NCBI GenBank assembly: GCA_018263395.1
Contig: JAANXF010000017.1
Location: 16,001 to 80,000 of the forward strand
Length of the DNA: 64,000 nucleotides
From: Methanonatronarchaeales archaeon
GTDB lineage: Archaea > Halobacteriota > Methanonatronarchaeia > JAANXF01
Reading direction: 5' to 3'
Position 1 is the first letter of the stretch. Each line of letters starts with the position of its first letter. Below, piece after piece: positions 30,854 through 38,962 of this stretch. Made by a program: the position numbers and the translations under genes. The notes beneath the pieces are model-generated. The model did not search any database and was not told the origin of the DNA. It saw only the letters and a program-made list of their open reading frames with translations.

Positions 30854-31188
30854 CTCAACAGTTCCTCCACAGCATCGAGCCGGGGTTTCACCTCGTCCAT
30901 ACCCAGGTCCGCGGTATCGGGGTAGCGGACCGCCGTGTACGCCGGGTTCAGGTCCTCCAGGGCCGACATGAACCTCTCAGGCACCTCCAGCTCAACGTAC
31001 AGTCTTACGAGGTCGTGGGTAAAAGAGTATTCGCCTCTCCGCCGAATTTCCAGTGACTTCATGCCCTTCTCCGCCGCCTGGTGACCGAAGAAAATGGCTG
31101 CTTCTCTCTCACCTATTCCCAGATTCTTGTAGGCGGTCTCAAGATCGCGTTCCGCCTGTTTCATCCACCTCTCGGCCTCTCCTTCCAC
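30835..31188 (-). CDS. Classical HEPN domain protein (COG2250-like), partner of the MNT
   Basis: The 117-aa ORF reads WMKQAERDLETAYKNL...AIFFGHQAAEKGMKSL...THDLVRLY...AYTAVRYPD. Confidence 0.8.
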   Translation of the reverse strand: MEGEAERWMKQAERDLETAYKNLGIGEREAAIFFGHQAAEKGMKSLEIRRRGEYSFTHDLVRLYVELEVPERFMSALEDLNPAYTAVRYPDTADLGMDEVKPRLDAVEELLRWIKRR

Positions 31189-31219
31189 ATATCAATTATG
31201 CGTGGCCCCTCACTTTAAA

Positions 31220-31375
31220 CTACAAGTCTTGTCCACAGTGGACCGATGTGGCCGAGATACGGCAGGGACTCTCTCCGAGCTTCCTGAGGTTCTTCCGGAC
31301 GATTCTCCGGGATTTATCGTCGAGACTTTCTATGAACTCGTTGGCGTCGGGGTGCAGCAGGACGTCGTAGCTCAT
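31220..31375 (-). pseudogene. RelE/ParE-like toxin, apparently 3'-truncated (51 codons)
   Basis: My own translation is MSYDVLLHPDANEFIESLDDKSRRIVRKNLRKLGESP, then CRISATSVHCGQDL-stop. The N-terminal half matches the RelE/ParE pattern, but the C-terminal catalytic half is missing. It is ATGA-coupled to the upstream small ORF and is not in the ORF track. Confidence 0.45.
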
Positions 31376-31500
31376 TCGAGCTCAACGAGCTCGTCCCTGT
31401 CCATCCCCTCGGTCTCCCGCATCTTCTCGGCGAGCCTCTTCCGGCTGTGCTCCCGGATCAGCTCGGCCAGGATGTCGTAGTCGTAGTAGGTATCCCCCAT
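31372..31500 (-). CDS. Small (42-aa) putative antitoxin upstream of the RelE-like remnant
   Basis: The sequence is MGDTYYDYDILAELIREHSRKRLAEKMRETEGMDRDELVELE-stop. Its stop overlaps the ATG of the downstream relE-like ORF. It is not in the ORF track. Confidence 0.4.
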   Translation of the reverse strand: MGDTYYDYDILAELIREHSRKRLAEKMRETEGMDRDELVELE

Positions 31501-31508
31501 GCCTCGGG

Positions 31509-31903
31509 TTACTGTAACTCTGGTGCCGCCTTTTTGGCCTCTTTGAGAAACTCCTCCGCGTCTCGGAGGAAACGCTCGGCGTCCTCCTGGTCGTCGAGGA
31601 AGACGACCTCGTAGTCGGCCTCCTGCCTCTTGGCCTGGTACCTCGATAACTTGCCGTAGAACTCCTCGTCCATGAGTTCCTCCTCGTGGATCACGTGTTT
31701 TCCGAAGAGGGCGATGGCTCCCGACTGCGACCTTGGCGAGAGCTCCAGCCTCGCCAGAAGCTCGAAGACTGCGTGATACATGCAGTAGAAGGCCCTGTCC
31801 TCGACGGTCCTGAGCGACCGGTCGTTCTCGAAGCGAAGGCGAACTCGGCCTCCGCGAGCATCTCCTCAGCCACGTCGAAGTGGTCAGACTGCTGCCCGTC
31901 CAC
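31509..31903 (-). pseudogene. HEPN domain protein disrupted by a 5-bp tandem duplication
   Basis: The N-terminal frame reads MDGQQSDHFDVAEEMLAEAEFAF. The C-terminal frame reads ENDRSLRTVEDRAFYCMYHAVFELLARLE...RQEADYEV. The two are offset by the duplicated cgaag/cgaag at 31829-31838. The span is 395 nt, which is 390+5. Confidence 0.75.
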
Positions 31904-32309
31904 TCCTCAGCACCTCCTCGGTGAAGCGGGTGGACCTCGTCCTCTCGAACTCCTCCTCGGTCCTCACGACGGGGGCGATGTGGACGCCGTGCTCCAGGGC
32001 GACCTTCGAGGCGACCTCGTACACCCTCTCCTTCTCCCTCTCCGTCCCCACCACGACGAAGACGTCCACGTCGCTGAATCGCCGCTCCTCACCCCTCGCA
32101 ACCGACCCGAAAAGGACGAGCTCCTGGAGAGAACCCTCCATCTCCTCCTTCACCCTTTCGGCGAACTCGAAAACTCTCCTGAGAGTTTTCTTCGATGCAG
32201 AAGATCTCCGATCTTTGAATCCTCGAAGGCACTCCTCTGTGCCGGGTCTTCTCCATGTCTCTGGTAACTCAATCTCTCCCCCGCAATCATACGTCTGCCC
32301 CGGAACCAC
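31884..32309 (-). CDS. Nucleotidyltransferase (MNT), partner of the disrupted HEPN gene
   Basis: It has LQELVLFGSVARGEERRFSDVDVFVVV. The start is uncertain; the GTG at 32309 is the only upstream start codon in frame. Confidence 0.7.
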   Translation of the reverse strand: MVPGQTYDCGGEIELPETWRRPGTEECLRGFKDRRSSASKKTLRRVFEFAERVKEEMEGSLQELVLFGSVARGEERRFSDVDVFVVVGTEREKERVYEVASKVALEHGVHIAPVVRTEEEFERTRSTRFTEEVLRSGRAAV

Positions 32310-32426
32310 GAAACAGGAAATCCCCGGTCCCGAATCCCGCGAAAGCGAACATCTGACGCGACCGCTCCACGGCCACCGAGGGGCTTTTCCGGTTTGGGCC
32401 TAGCCGTCTCCGTATTCCCGCCTGTT

Positions 32427-32446
32427 TAACCGTGTCTAACCGTGTC
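32427..32446. repeat. Perfect tandem 10-bp direct repeat TAACCGTGTC x2
   Basis: The repeat taaccgtgtc taaccgtgtc lies in the 386-bp non-coding leader of the low-GC cassette. Confidence 0.6.
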
Positions 32447-32647
32447 CCTACCGCCCCGGAACGCGGTCATGGCGCATTGACCCGGCGTTCAAAACATGTC
32501 TTAACACCCCGTATTGGCACATCTCCCTCAAGATAACAGCCCAGAAAACCCCTATTCTGTGCTGTTTTGAGGAATAATCAGGAAAACTGCCGCCATCAAA
32601 ACGCTGTTACGGCTCTTAACTGTCCCTGTTTTAGTCAGTTAACGGGC

Positions 32648-32679
32648 ATAACACCAGATAACACCGATAGTTTTAATAA
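32648..32679 (+). promoter_or_regulatory. Direct repeats ATAACACC (x2, 10-bp phasing) abutting a TATA-like TTTTAATAA; putative promoter/operator of the cassette
   Basis: The sequence gcATAACACCagATAACACCgatagTTTTAATAAgcgccctgacataacaATG places the TATA-like element about 20 nt before the ATG at 32696, so the transcript is leaderless or near-leaderless. Confidence 0.5.
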
Positions 32680-32695
32680 GCGCCCTGACATAACA

Positions 32696-33739
32696 ATGGG
32701 TATCATGGGGAGAAAGTACCTCGTTGACATTCCGGCCCACCTGGCCCGCAGGACGGATGCCCTGATAGACTCCGGTGACTACGAGTCCGTCTCCGCGTTT
32801 GCACGTGCTGCCTTCGAGAACCAGCTCCTTCTCCACGCCTCAAATGAAGAAACAATTCTAGTCGATGATGCTCCGGATACCGGAACAGCTCCAACCCAAG
32901 AATCCGCTTCAGATGATGAGCAGGCGATTGATAGTTGGCGGGAGGCGCTGTCACTGTCCAAGCTAAACGCCGAAAGCGTGGAAACAGCCGAGGCCGAGCC
33001 GATAACCGACGGGCCGATATGGGGGCAGTTCAACAAGCTCCTCCCCATCAAGATAGGGGTGCGGGGTCTGGCGGTCCTCCAGTCGGATGAGGGCGGGCCG
33101 GTCCCACTCGAAGAATTCCGGAAAATCGTCGGTGAGCAGGCATCGCAGGTCCGCACACACCTAGGGAGGCTAGACGATGCGCAGGGCAGGCGCAGGGGCG
33201 AGAAGATGGCCGCCGGACTGCCGGACGGAAGCAGTGAGAAGTCCGTAAGGCGCTACCGCAACCACTTCCTAGGCTCCCTGGACAGCGACGGGGACATGCG
33301 GGGTGCGCTGGCCGAGATGGGATTTGTCAGGCTGTATGTGGACGGCGACGGGGAGATGGCATCCCTGACCGATGCGGGACTCGACTTTGCTGAGATCGCC
33401 AGCCCGGTTCTGGATGGGAAGGATGAGCCGACCATGACGCTCTCCGAGGATGAGAGGAAATTCCTGATTCGCCACATGGCCGAGAACATCCCGGGGGAGA
33501 TTGAGGGCATGAGGCAGATTCTGGACTGGATAGAGAATGGCCACAACACTCCTAACAAGTTAAATAAAAAGGTCGCAACAATGAATGAGGAATGGTCGGA
33601 AAAGATGGCTAAAACTATGAGAACGGGGCTACTCGGAAGGATGTACGACCTCAGGCTGGTCGAGAGGGAGTGGGAGGGGATACGGGTGACCTATTCATCC
33701 AAAGACCAAGAATCGCTCATTGCTTCCGGGGAGGTGTAG
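32696..33739 (+). CDS. Ribbon-helix-helix N-terminal domain protein with probable winged-helix C-terminal region; function unknown
   Basis: The N-terminus MGIMGRKYLVDIPAHLARRTDALIDSGDYESVSAFARAAFENQLL is a typical RHH/CopG beta-alpha-alpha pattern. An acidic linker and an unassigned roughly 250-aa region follow. I prefer the ATG at 32696 to the track start at 32567. Confidence 0.6.
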   Translation: MGIMGRKYLVDIPAHLARRTDALIDSGDYESVSAFARAAFENQLLLHASNEETILVDDAPDTGTAPTQESASDDEQAIDSWREALSLSKLNAESVETAEAEPITDGPIWGQFNKLLPIKIGVRGLAVLQSDEGGPVPLEEFRKIVGEQASQVRTHLGRLDDAQGRRRGEKMAAGLPDGSSEKSVRRYRNHFLGSLDSDGDMRGALAEMGFVRLYVDGDGEMASLTDAGLDFAEIASPVLDGKDEPTMTLSEDERKFLIRHMAENIPGEIEGMRQILDWIENGHNTPNKLNKKVATMNEEWSEKMAKTMRTGLLGRMYDLRLVEREWEGIRVTYSSKDQESLIASGEV

Positions 33740-33744
33740 CCATT

Positions 33745-35745
33745 ATGGAAGACAAGTTTGAGGCATATGAAAAGGGCTCTAGAGATACCACGGTTAACTG
33801 GGATAACACTCTGAAGGGGATTAAGGATAGCTATGACCAGCACAGGGGTCTTGTCCATGGCATCCAGAAAGATGCAATCCAAAACGGGTGGGATGCCCGC
33901 ATTAATAGAGAGCAGGGAACTGGTTGGAAGTTTACATTCGAGCTCGTTAGGGATGGGGATGATGCGCTCTTTGTGATGAGGGATGAGGGCACGACTGGTC
34001 TTACTGGCAGAATCTTAGAAGAGGAGGAATACACCGAAGAGCTGCCACCGGGGGAGCGATGGGCGCGATTTGAGAGCCTAGCGTTTATAAAGGAGGAGGC
34101 TGGAGGATCGCTTGGATCAAGAGGGCAGGGAAAATTCATATTTGTTGCTGGTTCGGGCAATAAGACAATAGTTTATGATACCTATCGTGAGGACGGCACG
34201 TACCGAGCAGGGATGCGTAGAGTTAAAAAAACAAGATCTCCTGTGGTAGCTTGGGACGGTGAAGAGGGAAGGGAGAAGTTCGACGATCTTACCGGAAACC
34301 TCCTTGAGCCGTTTCAGTCGGTTGGAACCCGTGTTGTCATAGTTGATCCGGTGGATGAGCTCTTAGAGTCTGTTGAATCAGGAGGTTTTCTCCGATATGT
34401 TGGGGAAACTTGGTGGGAGATTATTCTAAAATACGATGCAACAATCGAGCTAGTTGTTGATGGTGAGACATTTACTGCTACTATACCTGAGGAATTCAAC
34501 CTCGTTGAGGAGGATACCGACAATCTTCGATGTTGGACTAGGGAGTTCGAAATGGTTGAGGACGAGTACAAGATTAAAAAGCTCCACATAATCAGTTCCA
34601 ATGACGATGTACCAAATGATTTAAATGGAATTTCGATTCAACGGGGTGGGATGAAGGTTGATGTGATTGAGCCAAAATACCTTCCCAGAGATATCTCAAA
34701 AAGTATCTATGGCTACATCACTGTCGATGATGATGTTGAAGATGAGCTGAAGCGAGCTGAGAATCTGACACATTACGGCTTCAGTTATCGCTATAAAGCG
34801 CCCAAAGCAATCAGGAATTACGTTGAAAAACAGTGCGAGAAATTTGCCCAAGAGAAGCTCGGGTGGCAGAGCTCTAGGCAGGCTGTAAGGGCCAGAAGGC
34901 AGAGAAACGCTGAGAGGATGGCACTAAGGCAGATAAACAGAATAGCGGAGGAGTTCGATTTCCCCTCCACGCCCGGGATGGGTGGTGATTCAGGAGGATC
35001 AGGGGGAACAGGTGGAAACGGGGGCGGCGGTGGCAGTCCAAAACCGCTTCGTATTTGGATGCCTGACTTGAAGCTGCCTCGTGAGGACGATTTGAGGGTA
35101 GATTATGGTGAAAGCGTTGGCGACATCCAAGCCAAAGCAATAAATGAAAGCGCTGACCCTCTTGAGGTTAAGCTAAAAATTTACATCCGCAAGAATGATG
35201 AACTCAAAAGAGTCTATTTGAACGAGGAGCTCTGGCTCTCCTCCGGAACAAGTAGTGATAGCTATGGACCTTTTGAACAGCACTTTGAGGAGGAAGAATT
35301 TGATCCTGGAAGATACACGGTAGTTGCACGTCTAATCTTATTGAGTGATGAGGACTTTGGGGGTGTCCTTGACGAGAAAAGAAAGTCTTTTTATCTAGAA
35401 GAAGAGCCACCCTCAGGTGGAGGAATTTTCGAAGATTGCGAAGCCGTCGAATTCGATACAACATCTCGGCTGATGGGCTGGGTAACCGGGGGCGATGAGG
35501 GGGGTTATCGTCTTCAGTACAATGTCCTTCACCCAGCGTATAAAGACGTTTGGGAGAGCGAGGAAGACCTAGCGGAATACCTATTTCGCATTATGGCCCT
35601 CGAACTTTATCGAGTGGACCTTGAACGTGGGGAGCCGGTCATTTTTACGGATTTGGGAGGGGAAGTATCACCAGGGGAAATTGCGTATGAAATAGTCGAA
35701 GAACTTAGTGAATTCACGTATCAATACCATGCGGGTGAGGGGTAA
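33745..35745 (+). CDS. GHKL (Bergerat-fold, MORC/HATPase_c_3-like) ATPase with Gly-rich linker and beta-rich C-terminal region
   Basis: The Bergerat motifs are readable. N-box: GIQKDAIQNGWDA. G1: VMRDEGTTGLTG. G2: GGSLGSRGQGKFIF. Motif IV-like: VGTRVVIVD. These are followed by GGDSGGSGGTGGNGGGGGS and a roughly 250-aa tail. GGAGGTG lies 9 nt upstream of the ATG at 33745. Confidence 0.7.
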   Translation: MEDKFEAYEKGSRDTTVNWDNTLKGIKDSYDQHRGLVHGIQKDAIQNGWDARINREQGTGWKFTFELVRDGDDALFVMRDEGTTGLTGRILEEEEYTEELPPGERWARFESLAFIKEEAGGSLGSRGQGKFIFVAGSGNKTIVYDTYREDGTYRAGMRRVKKTRSPVVAWDGEEGREKFDDLTGNLLEPFQSVGTRVVIVDPVDELLESVESGGFLRYVGETWWEIILKYDATIELVVDGETFTATIPEEFNLVEEDTDNLRCWTREFEMVEDEYKIKKLHIISSNDDVPNDLNGISIQRGGMKVDVIEPKYLPRDISKSIYGYITVDDDVEDELKRAENLTHYGFSYRYKAPKAIRNYVEKQCEKFAQEKLGWQSSRQAVRARRQRNAERMALRQINRIAEEFDFPSTPGMGGDSGGSGGTGGNGGGGGSPKPLRIWMPDLKLPREDDLRVDYGESVGDIQAKAINESADPLEVKLKIYIRKNDELKRVYLNEELWLSSGTSSDSYGPFEQHFEEEEFDPGRYTVVARLILLSDEDFGGVLDEKRKSFYLEEEPPSGGGIFEDCEAVEFDTTSRLMGWVTGGDEGGYRLQYNVLHPAYKDVWESEEDLAEYLFRIMALELYRVDLERGEPVIFTDLGGEVSPGEIAYEIVEELSEFTYQYHAGEG

Positions 35746-36405
35746 ATGGCGGTTATAATCCGAGAGACTCGAGAAATAGCCGGTAAAAGAAGTGAGGTTA
35801 AGATATACAGGACAGATGGCCTTCTGACAAGGGAGGAGAAACAAAGGGCCGAGGAACTCGACGACCTGATTCAAAGGGAGATGAGTGCTATAGTCGAAGA
35901 CCTAAAAGAAAAGTCCTTAATAACAGGAGAAGGGGAGAAAAAGAATTTGGAAATTTGGTACAAAATCGGGGGGGGTCTACAGTTCATAGATCAAACAGAT
36001 TTAATCGAAGATCGAGACAGAAAGTACATATGGAGGGCTATTTACGACCATTCCGGCCCCCTCCATACGGGGGATATACCAGTAAGGGCAGATCGCCCTA
36101 AAAACAACGATTTCAGATATGCATATTTACTTGCTAAAAACTTCGATTGGGAATTCGTTGAATCAGGTGGAACATGGACTACTTGGGGTGAATTTTTTGA
36201 CTCGCCAGTTATACGTAATGACCAACGAATCATCGACTGGTTGGGAACTGTCAAAGAGAGGAGAGGGGACCAAGGTCTACAGGATTGGATACGGCCACTT
36301 ACGGTAGAAATTCGAAGAGAACTTAAAAATGTGGATACCGGTGTATTCGAAAAAGCAAGATTAGTAGAGAGGCTAGAACGTATCTATAATTCGATCAAAG
36401 GGTAG
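35746..36405 (+). CDS. Hypothetical 219-aa protein, translationally abutting the GHKL ATPase gene
   Basis: Its ATG immediately follows the upstream TAA (taaATG). I can recognise no catalytic motif. It is Trp-rich and helical-looking (EIWYKIGGGL, TWTTWGEFF, IIDWL). Confidence 0.55.
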   Translation: MAVIIRETREIAGKRSEVKIYRTDGLLTREEKQRAEELDDLIQREMSAIVEDLKEKSLITGEGEKKNLEIWYKIGGGLQFIDQTDLIEDRDRKYIWRAIYDHSGPLHTGDIPVRADRPKNNDFRYAYLLAKNFDWEFVESGGTWTTWGEFFDSPVIRNDQRIIDWLGTVKERRGDQGLQDWIRPLTVEIRRELKNVDTGVFEKARLVERLERIYNSIKG

Positions 36406-36413
36406 TATTCGGA

Positions 36414-37031
36414 CTAATTGGCGTAAATACATGCTTTATTTAGGGTGCAGTTATTGCAATCGGGATTAGGCCTGCAATATACTGCAGGGAAATCCAGTAA
36501 CGCCAGATTATAAGTTCGATAGTCTGAGTTTGGTAGTAACTTCTGTGCCTTTTTAGCAATTTTTTTCTGATCCGATATCCCAAAATACCTAGAAATCAGA
36601 CGCCTCACATTGGTATCAAGGATTGGAAATCTCCTATTTGCAGCAAAGCAAGCTGTCGCGTTTGCGATGTAGTCTCCGAGCTCATCTATCCCTTTGAGCT
36701 CCTCCGGGTTCGTTGGTGTATTTCCACCGTATTTTTCCCCCACCTCCTCGACGGTCTCGTGCATCATCTTGAGTCGACGATTCACAAGTCCCAGGGTTTC
36801 CAGAATCTCCCTTAGGTCGTCCTCGTTGGCCCGGCTGAGGTCCTCCATCGTGGGATACCTTTTAATGAATTCATTGTAAACCCCCTCAACCTGATCGGCC
36901 CGTGTTCGCCTCAACATGATTTCGGCCATCAGAACCCGGTATGGGTCATCCGTGGCACGCCAGGGATAGCTTCTCAGGTTCTCCTCGGCGAACTCCAGCA
37001 GCGTGTTTACGAAGAACTCCTCTTCCTTCAT
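36414..37031 (-). CDS. HhH-GPD superfamily DNA glycosylase (MutY/Nth/Mig-like) with 4Fe-4S loop
   Basis: It has YPWRATDDPYRVLMAEIMLRRTRADQV, an HhH region, the catalytic-Asp segment PILDTNVRRLISRYFG and the C-terminal Cys cluster CRPNPDCNNCTLNKAC. It overlaps the methyltransferase stop by 4 bp. Confidence 0.8.
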   Translation of the reverse strand: MKEEEFFVNTLLEFAEENLRSYPWRATDDPYRVLMAEIMLRRTRADQVEGVYNEFIKRYPTMEDLSRANEDDLREILETLGLVNRRLKMMHETVEEVGEKYGGNTPTNPEELKGIDELGDYIANATACFAANRRFPILDTNVRRLISRYFGISDQKKIAKKAQKLLPNSDYRTYNLALLDFPAVYCRPNPDCNNCTLNKACIYAN

Positions 37032-38407
37032 TGGGCCTCGACGGAGGCCGGAACGCTCTGCTTGGAAACCGGCTCGACTTGGGCGCCCGCGAACTTTCTG
37101 AGAAGCGACTCGGCCATCCTTTTAGCGAGGAGCGGCGGCACGGCGTTCCCGATCTGCCCGTACTGGGCGGTTCTGGGGCCGCTGAATCTGTAGTCGTCCG
37201 GGAAGGACTGAATGCGGGCTGCCTCCCTCACTGTGAACGTTCTTGCCTGCTTATCATCTGGGTGTATGAAGCGGTTGCCGTCCTTTGCGAGATGAGCGAA
37301 GATGGTTGTGCTGGGCGCATTCCAGCTCTGCTTTCGGTACTTGTCCTTGAAGGAGCTCATGTCGTACTTTATACAATTCCTGATGTCCTGCTCATAATCA
37401 CCCTCAACCACGTCCTTCGCAGTGTGCCCCTGTTTCATGGCCCGGTACAGTCGCTGGTCCCTTCGCATATGGCTCCGAGCGATGTGGTCTGTGAGGTGCT
37501 CGGGGATATCCGGTACAACGAAATCCAAGAACTCTTGGCCCGTTTCATCAAGGTTCCTGTAGTGACTGAAGAAGCAATCCTTGTGATACTCGACCTGCTT
37601 CTCACCGTTGCGCCTACCCTCGTTAATCTTTCTGACTTTATCCCTCTCATCGTCGGGGATATCTGTAAATGTGTACTTTGCCTCCAACTCGGGAAGGTCA
37701 CCAATTGTGTCCCAGAGGGTGACTTGGGGCTTCTTCCCGTCTCCGTGCGTCCTTTCCGGGAAGGGGTTTTTGATGGACTGGTTATTTCCTATCAGGAAGA
37801 TTCTACGCCTGTTCTGGGGCACACCGTAGTCGGCGGCGTTGAGCTTGAGGTACGTATCTTGGATGAGCTTATCCTGTCTTTCGTTCTCGAAAGTGTACCC
37901 GATGCTCTCAAGGTCCTGACGAATTATCTGGACGTACGGGGTGCCGTCCTCACCCTTCTTTGATGCCAGCCCGAGAACGTTTTCAAAAACTATGAAGCTC
38001 GGGCTGAGGGTTTTTACTAGGTCGATGTAGGCCATATACAGGTCATCACGCGAATCGTTTTCAAATTTTGAGTTCCCGACGCCGTACCCGGAGCGTGGGC
38101 CGATTAGGGAGAACGACTGACACGGGGGACCACCGATGATAACATCTACCTGACCGTTACATAGGTCGAGAATCTCCTTTTTGGTATCCTCATCGTTGAG
38201 GTCCCCCAAGATTACCCTGTTGGGGTCCTTGTCTCTCTCTTTAAAGTGGGAACGCAGTGTCTGACAGGCGTATTCATTTTTATCCACAGCACACACGGTC
38301 TCGAACGAGTAACCGTCAATCTCGTCTGCAAGCTCGAAGCCGAGGTAAAAACCCCCTCCTCCTGCGAAGAGGTCTAACACTCCGAGCTTCTCGGACATCC
38401 CGTCCAA
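37028..38407 (-). CDS. dcm: DNA (cytosine-5)-methyltransferase
   Basis: All signature motifs are present: I LDLFAGGGGF, IV GGPPCQSFS, VI FVFENVLG, VIII QNRRRIFLIG, IX REAARIQSFPDDY and X GNAVPPLLA. There is a long variable (TRD) region between VIII and IX. Confidence 0.93.
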   Translation of the reverse strand: MDGMSEKLGVLDLFAGGGGFYLGFELADEIDGYSFETVCAVDKNEYACQTLRSHFKERDKDPNRVILGDLNDEDTKKEILDLCNGQVDVIIGGPPCQSFSLIGPRSGYGVGNSKFENDSRDDLYMAYIDLVKTLSPSFIVFENVLGLASKKGEDGTPYVQIIRQDLESIGYTFENERQDKLIQDTYLKLNAADYGVPQNRRRIFLIGNNQSIKNPFPERTHGDGKKPQVTLWDTIGDLPELEAKYTFTDIPDDERDKVRKINEGRRNGEKQVEYHKDCFFSHYRNLDETGQEFLDFVVPDIPEHLTDHIARSHMRRDQRLYRAMKQGHTAKDVVEGDYEQDIRNCIKYDMSSFKDKYRKQSWNAPSTTIFAHLAKDGNRFIHPDDKQARTFTVREAARIQSFPDDYRFSGPRTAQYGQIGNAVPPLLAKRMAESLLRKFAGAQVEPVSKQSVPASVEAQ

Positions 38408-38610
38408 TTGGTCCTAGGGGATAATTTTCTTTGAGGTCGCCCAATAGCCGTACTTCTAGAGGGCGTTCTCTGGACCTCCATACAAACCGGTGGAGGAGAT
38501 GGGCGTGGTTGGTGCTGAAAGATGAATAGTTTCACACTCCTCTTCCCGTAAGGAGTTTCGTATCTGCGGGAGAAGATGACCCGGGGAATACCGGCCTAGG
38601 AGGAACACAA

Positions 38611-38880
38611 ATGTCGCCCGATGTAATGGATTATTCGAAGCTTTCCACGGAGGCGTTCAGGGCTGTCTGGCAGACGCTTCTCGCACTGGCCCCCGGCCTG
38701 CACCCGGACGAGATAGGGCAGGAGGGTGGCGGATGGGGGGAGCACCCCGTTATCAGCGCGATTGGACAGGAGGCCCTGCGTCGATACGAAGCCGGCGATT
38801 TCGACGCCGACGACCTCTACGACTTCGAGGCCCAGCGCTCCGGTCTCCCGCACAGGGAGTTGTATCCCGGCTACGGGTAA
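38611..38880 (+). CDS. Hypothetical 89-aa protein
   Basis: The ATG ORF is preceded by ctaggaggaacacaa and has backbone-like GC. I recognise no motif. Confidence 0.4.
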   Translation: MSPDVMDYSKLSTEAFRAVWQTLLALAPGLHPDEIGQEGGGWGEHPVISAIGQEALRRYEAGDFDADDLYDFEAQRSGLPHRELYPGYG

Positions 38881-38962
38881 GACGGGTTCAGCTGGCCGGG
38901 TCTCCGGGTCTAAACCGCTGGCCGGAATCATTTTGACTTATCGGTATGAGGGTTTCGAGGGG

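Noticed and set aside
35746-36405. A possible PD-(D/E)xK nuclease motif (IDQTD...EDRDRK) or a DUF1016-N-like helical domain in the 219-aa cassette protein.
   Set aside because: The spacing and context of the acidic/Lys residues do not fit the canonical motif, and the resemblance is too weak to assert without a profile search.
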